Origin: a virus
Lineage: Duplodnaviria > Heunggongvirae > Uroviricota > Caudoviricetes
Length of the DNA stretch: 64,000 nucleotides
Strand: one strand, 5' to 3'
IMG/VR virus record: IMGVR_UViG_3300030035_000081
Span: 64,001 to 128,000 of that record
Of this stretch, positions 60,884 to 64,000 are shown piece by piece. Positions within the stretch are counted from its first letter, which is position 1; every line of letters starts with the position of its first letter. The translations under genes and the position numbers were made by a program. The notes under the pieces are model-generated. The model had not been told where the DNA came from. It did not search any database and worked only from the letters and a program-made list of their open reading frames with translations.

Positions 60884-61306
60884 ATGAGTATCAATCTGAA
60901 TAGCCGCAACAACACCCTCTGCTGCAAGGTCAACGACCTGTACACCGCCCTCATGGCCTCTGAACTGCTGAACGACTGCGTTGATGACGTTGTCGTGATG
61001 CTCAAAACCTGTGTTGATTACGTCAACATAGTGTCGAATCAGGAAGTCCAGATACAGCACGCGCGTTTCACGATGGACGGTGAGGAGTTTCGACAGTACG
61101 TCATGGAACTCGACCGTCATCGCCGTGCGTTGCACGAAGGGCTGATGGCACGGGTGAACTTTGCCAATCGTCTGTGCGTGAAGCTGAACACACCTGTTCT
61201 TGCTGAACGGGTCACGGAAGAGAACCGAGAAACCTATTTTGCTTTCGCAAAAGAGGTGGTCGATTCCTATTTCGGTGAAGCCATGCAGAACGGACGATTG
61301 CTCTAG
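60884..61306 (+). CDS. Helical hypothetical protein (DUF3232-like)
   Basis: LDR.RR..H.......NRL motif. Confidence 0.75.
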   Translation: MSINLNSRNNTLCCKVNDLYTALMASELLNDCVDDVVVMLKTCVDYVNIVSNQEVQIQHARFTMDGEEFRQYVMELDRHRRALHEGLMARVNFANRLCVKLNTPVLAERVTEENRETYFAFAKEVVDSYFGEAMQNGRLL

Positions 61307-61357
61307 GGCAACATTGTCCCAACCCGTTTTAACACTACAACTATGGAGGTATTTATT

Positions 61358-61810
61358 ATGTCTAATAACAAAGAAATTATCTGCAAACTCATCAAAGCCA
61401 AGAACCAGGAGGCCAACAGCTACACAGACCAAACTTGCTACAATGCTGCCTACTGCTACGGCTATGTGGACGGCGCAACTATGGCACTGAACACTTTGAG
61501 CGGCGTACCCGAACGCCATAAGTGCTATGCTATCCTGTCCCATTATTCCAATGAAGATATCGGCACGTTTGACTCCGTTGCAATTTGCGGCGGGGTACAT
61601 ATGAGCTTTGAGTCGGCCAAGAAAGCGGCTGATGAAATGCTTGCGGTCGATAAGGAAAATGGGTGCCACGATGACGCCGTTCCGTACACTCTCGACGATT
61701 GCAAAGAGTTTGACGACCTTCCTCTGTACATTGCAGGCGAGTGGGTCAAGGACAAATTTGAACACTATCACAACTTTTACGCTGTATTTGAACAGGATGC
61801 AGCGCTGTAG
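61358..61810 (+). CDS. Hypothetical protein
   Basis: GGAGGT RBS. Confidence 0.8.
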   Translation: MSNNKEIICKLIKAKNQEANSYTDQTCYNAAYCYGYVDGATMALNTLSGVPERHKCYAILSHYSNEDIGTFDSVAICGGVHMSFESAKKAADEMLAVDKENGCHDDAVPYTLDDCKEFDDLPLYIAGEWVKDKFEHYHNFYAVFEQDAAL

Positions 61811-61835
61811 AAAACAGAACGCTGGAGGTGCTCTT

Positions 61836-62162
61836 GTGTTTAAGGTATTAGGCGGCATTGGCCGTTCCGTTCCACTCTACAACGGCAAGGCTCGAATCCT
61901 TGTCAAGGCAATTATCCCGGTTGCTTCCAGCTACCTCGCTGATATGCAAAGTGTCTGTGAGGCAAACGGCTGGAAATCCGTTCTGGATGAACGCGGTAAC
62001 CTGGTCGTCTTGTCTGTTGTGTCAATTGACGCTTACCGGCTTTCCGACAGCACCTTGATGACCGCATATCTGCACTTTGCAGAAACTGCGGCTCAGAAAC
62101 TTACGGGCTGCAAAAATCGGTATTTGGTCGCTGGTGTTGTGTCTTACGATGCAGCCGCATAA
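61836..62162 (+). CDS. Hypothetical protein
   Basis: GGAGGT RBS, GTG start. Confidence 0.7.
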   Translation: MFKVLGGIGRSVPLYNGKARILVKAIIPVASSYLADMQSVCEANGWKSVLDERGNLVVLSVVSIDAYRLSDSTLMTAYLHFAETAAQKLTGCKNRYLVAGVVSYDAAA

Positions 62163-62175
62163 GGAGGTTAACATT

Positions 62176-62796
62176 ATGAAATACCACGGATTTGAATCAC
62201 CCATCGATTGGTCTCAGTACCTTATCCAGAAAGCAGACAAACACGAATATGAACCGTCTGAGCCGGGGAAGAGAGTCGAGGCTTTACTCGAAAAGCTCTA
62301 CCTGCCGCAGAACTCCTATTCCTACGCAAAGTTTCCTCAATGGTTTGCGGATTCCTCTGACAAGGGGACAGAAGAGGAACAGGTACGGTATGTGATGAAT
62401 CATCTCTGCCCGAATCTGTACCACTTTTATAAAAATCCGACGCAGAAAGATTTTCGTCTGGGGCCTGATGTTGTGAACCTCATGGTTCACCAGCATATGT
62501 GTGAGAACACACAGGCGACCATTCTGAACGAGGATGGTTCTCTTTTTCAGGATGGGGTTCATGATACTCACGAGGAAATCCTTCTGCTGACGTTGTTCTT
62601 TGAACACGAGTTCAACGATATGGATATTCGGTGCGCCCGCGTATCGTATACCTCATCGGACGCTGAAATCAAAGCCTGCTTCCTGCACGCGGTTCATAAG
62701 CGGTTTGGCTTAATGGACCCGGCAGCGGAAAGGCTTTGGCTCAGCAACAAGTCTAACAAAGTTTACCTCATTAAAACAATCCACGGAATCGCTTGA
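62176..62796 (+). CDS. Hypothetical protein
   Basis: AAGGAGGT RBS. Confidence 0.8.
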   Translation: MKYHGFESPIDWSQYLIQKADKHEYEPSEPGKRVEALLEKLYLPQNSYSYAKFPQWFADSSDKGTEEEQVRYVMNHLCPNLYHFYKNPTQKDFRLGPDVVNLMVHQHMCENTQATILNEDGSLFQDGVHDTHEEILLLTLFFEHEFNDMDIRCARVSYTSSDAEIKACFLHAVHKRFGLMDPAAERLWLSNKSNKVYLIKTIHGIA

Positions 62797-62821
62797 ATAC
62801 ATATCAAAGGAGTGCAAAACT

Positions 62822-63370
62822 ATGAAATCTGATACCATTCGCAACGACTACGCTGCAGCTCGAATCTCTGCCATATCCGCTATTATCGCGGCGGAAGCAA
62901 TCGGAGTCACCCTGCTTCTCATTCTGATTCAGTCTCTGCTGAAAGCTGTAACTCCGCTGACGTCGGAATCCATTCTGATGCTGGTCCTGGGTTCTTTTGT
63001 CAGGACCGGAACCACCGCATTCTGCATTTTCGGCGTGCTCTCTGCACTGGCTGCCTTGTACGTGTCAGCTTGTGCGACGAGAGAACGGTATTTTTACATT
63101 GATAAGGACGAGCTCAAATTCATAGCCAAGACCAAAGAAATGTTTGGCTGGCTGAAGAATTCTAAGCCTGCAATTGGCTGCTTTGCAGCGGCAGGAGCGT
63201 TCATAATAATGGCAATATCTCTTATCGCTGATATCGGCATCTTTGATTCCGGTCTCAGCCACGAAACGCTCGGTACTCTCATCAATGTTGCAGTTCTGAT
63301 GCTTCACATCGCCGGTGGCTGTATCGTTGCTTCGGTGGCTTGTGCGGTTTGGGACAGCAATAAGATATAG
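62822..63370 (+). CDS. Membrane protein (4 TM)
   Basis: Hydrophobic segments; AAGGAG RBS. Confidence 0.8.
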   Translation: MKSDTIRNDYAAARISAISAIIAAEAIGVTLLLILIQSLLKAVTPLTSESILMLVLGSFVRTGTTAFCIFGVLSALAALYVSACATRERYFYIDKDELKFIAKTKEMFGWLKNSKPAIGCFAAAGAFIIMAISLIADIGIFDSGLSHETLGTLINVAVLMLHIAGGCIVASVACAVWDSNKI

Positions 63371-63439
63371 GACTCAATATTTTAGACCTGCATATGTCTA
63401 ATCCAGAGCTGTCCATCTTCGGATGGGCAGCTCTTTTTG

Positions 63440-63468
63440 TTGCTCAAATTTGCGAATTGCGGACAATT
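63440..63468 (+). promoter_or_regulatory. TGCGA-type promoter (no leader)
   Basis: ttgctc-aaatt-TGCGA after terminator 63407..63438; weak -10. Confidence 0.5.
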
Positions 63469-63499
63469 AAGACAGCGAATAAAAACTGGAGGAATCATT

Positions 63500-64000
63500 A
63501 TGCTTGCACTCAAAGCCAAAAGGTCAAATAAAACACTCTATCTATTTGCGGCCGTCATTGTAACCGCTATTGCCGTCATTATGGCAGAAAGGCAAGGAGT
63601 CGTTGACAGCGATTATTTCTGGCATCTCACCTTAGGAAAAAGCATCTGGCAAAATAAAGCCATCCCAACTCAGGACACTTTCTCCTGGCTAAGCCCGGAA
63701 CTCAATTTGCAGGAAACCGCCCATTCCTGGCTCAGCAGCCTGATTCTTTACGCATTTTCCTGCATTTCTGTGAATCCTGTTTACGGGATGCTTGCGTTCA
63801 TCGCAGTGACAGTCTTTGCCTACTGTCTGTTCATTGAATATATCTGGGGCAGACAAATCAAAGACCCTTTTATGAATGTCCTGGCTTTGGCCCTTGTCAC
63901 GCTGCCGCTCGACTGGGCAGGAAGACCGCAAAGCATCGGCTTAACGCTCTTTGCAATCGGATTCTATCTGCTGAACAAAGTCTATGAAGAACCTGACACA
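63500..64000 (+). CDS. Integral membrane protein, runs off the window (GT-C-like)
   Basis: GGAGG RBS; TM then DYFWHL.LG..I, D.FSW, HSWL; frame open to the end. Confidence 0.7.
   Translation, partial: MLALKAKRSNKTLYLFAAVIVTAIAVIMAERQGVVDSDYFWHLTLGKSIWQNKAIPTQDTFSWLSPELNLQETAHSWLSSLILYAFSCISVNPVYGMLAFIAVTVFAYCLFIEYIWGRQIKDPFMNVLALALVTLPLDWAGRPQSIGLTLFAIGFYLLNKVYEEPDT

Overview
A 64-kb accessory region of a large mobile element (megaplasmid/ICE or large phage; a gut Bacillota/Clostridia host is inferred from the gene families and RBS style). About 95 mostly hypothetical genes all lie on the + strand. There is no host housekeeping operon, rRNA, tRNA or CRISPR array. Recognisable cargo: NAD-dependent DNA ligase, two IscB (IS200/IS605, OMEGA) elements with omega/HEARO RNAs, an AcrVA2/FinQ-like protein, ASCH, lysozyme-like, GHKL ATPase, esterase, DUF262, HAD nucleotidase, GNAT, zeta-toxin-like kinase, MTase-like, YopX, Lar-like and BRO/ANT proteins. 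The main unexplained signal is a ~135-bp regulatory module found in about 21 clear and 2 degenerate copies ahead of the operons. It consists of a TTG-N8-TGCGA-N6-TANAAT promoter, a structured leader (GTACGA-TAGATACCATCTA-hairpin-TCGTAC-AATTCACAAT), and mutually exclusive antiterminator/terminator hairpins with covariation. This looks like an element-wide attenuation regulon and shuffling cassette system. Three DUF6273-like paralogs carry a DGR-type hypervariable C-terminus with no TR/RT in the window. A second two-copy RNA motif overlaps ribosome-binding sites. All family calls come from motif recognition by eye, not database searches.
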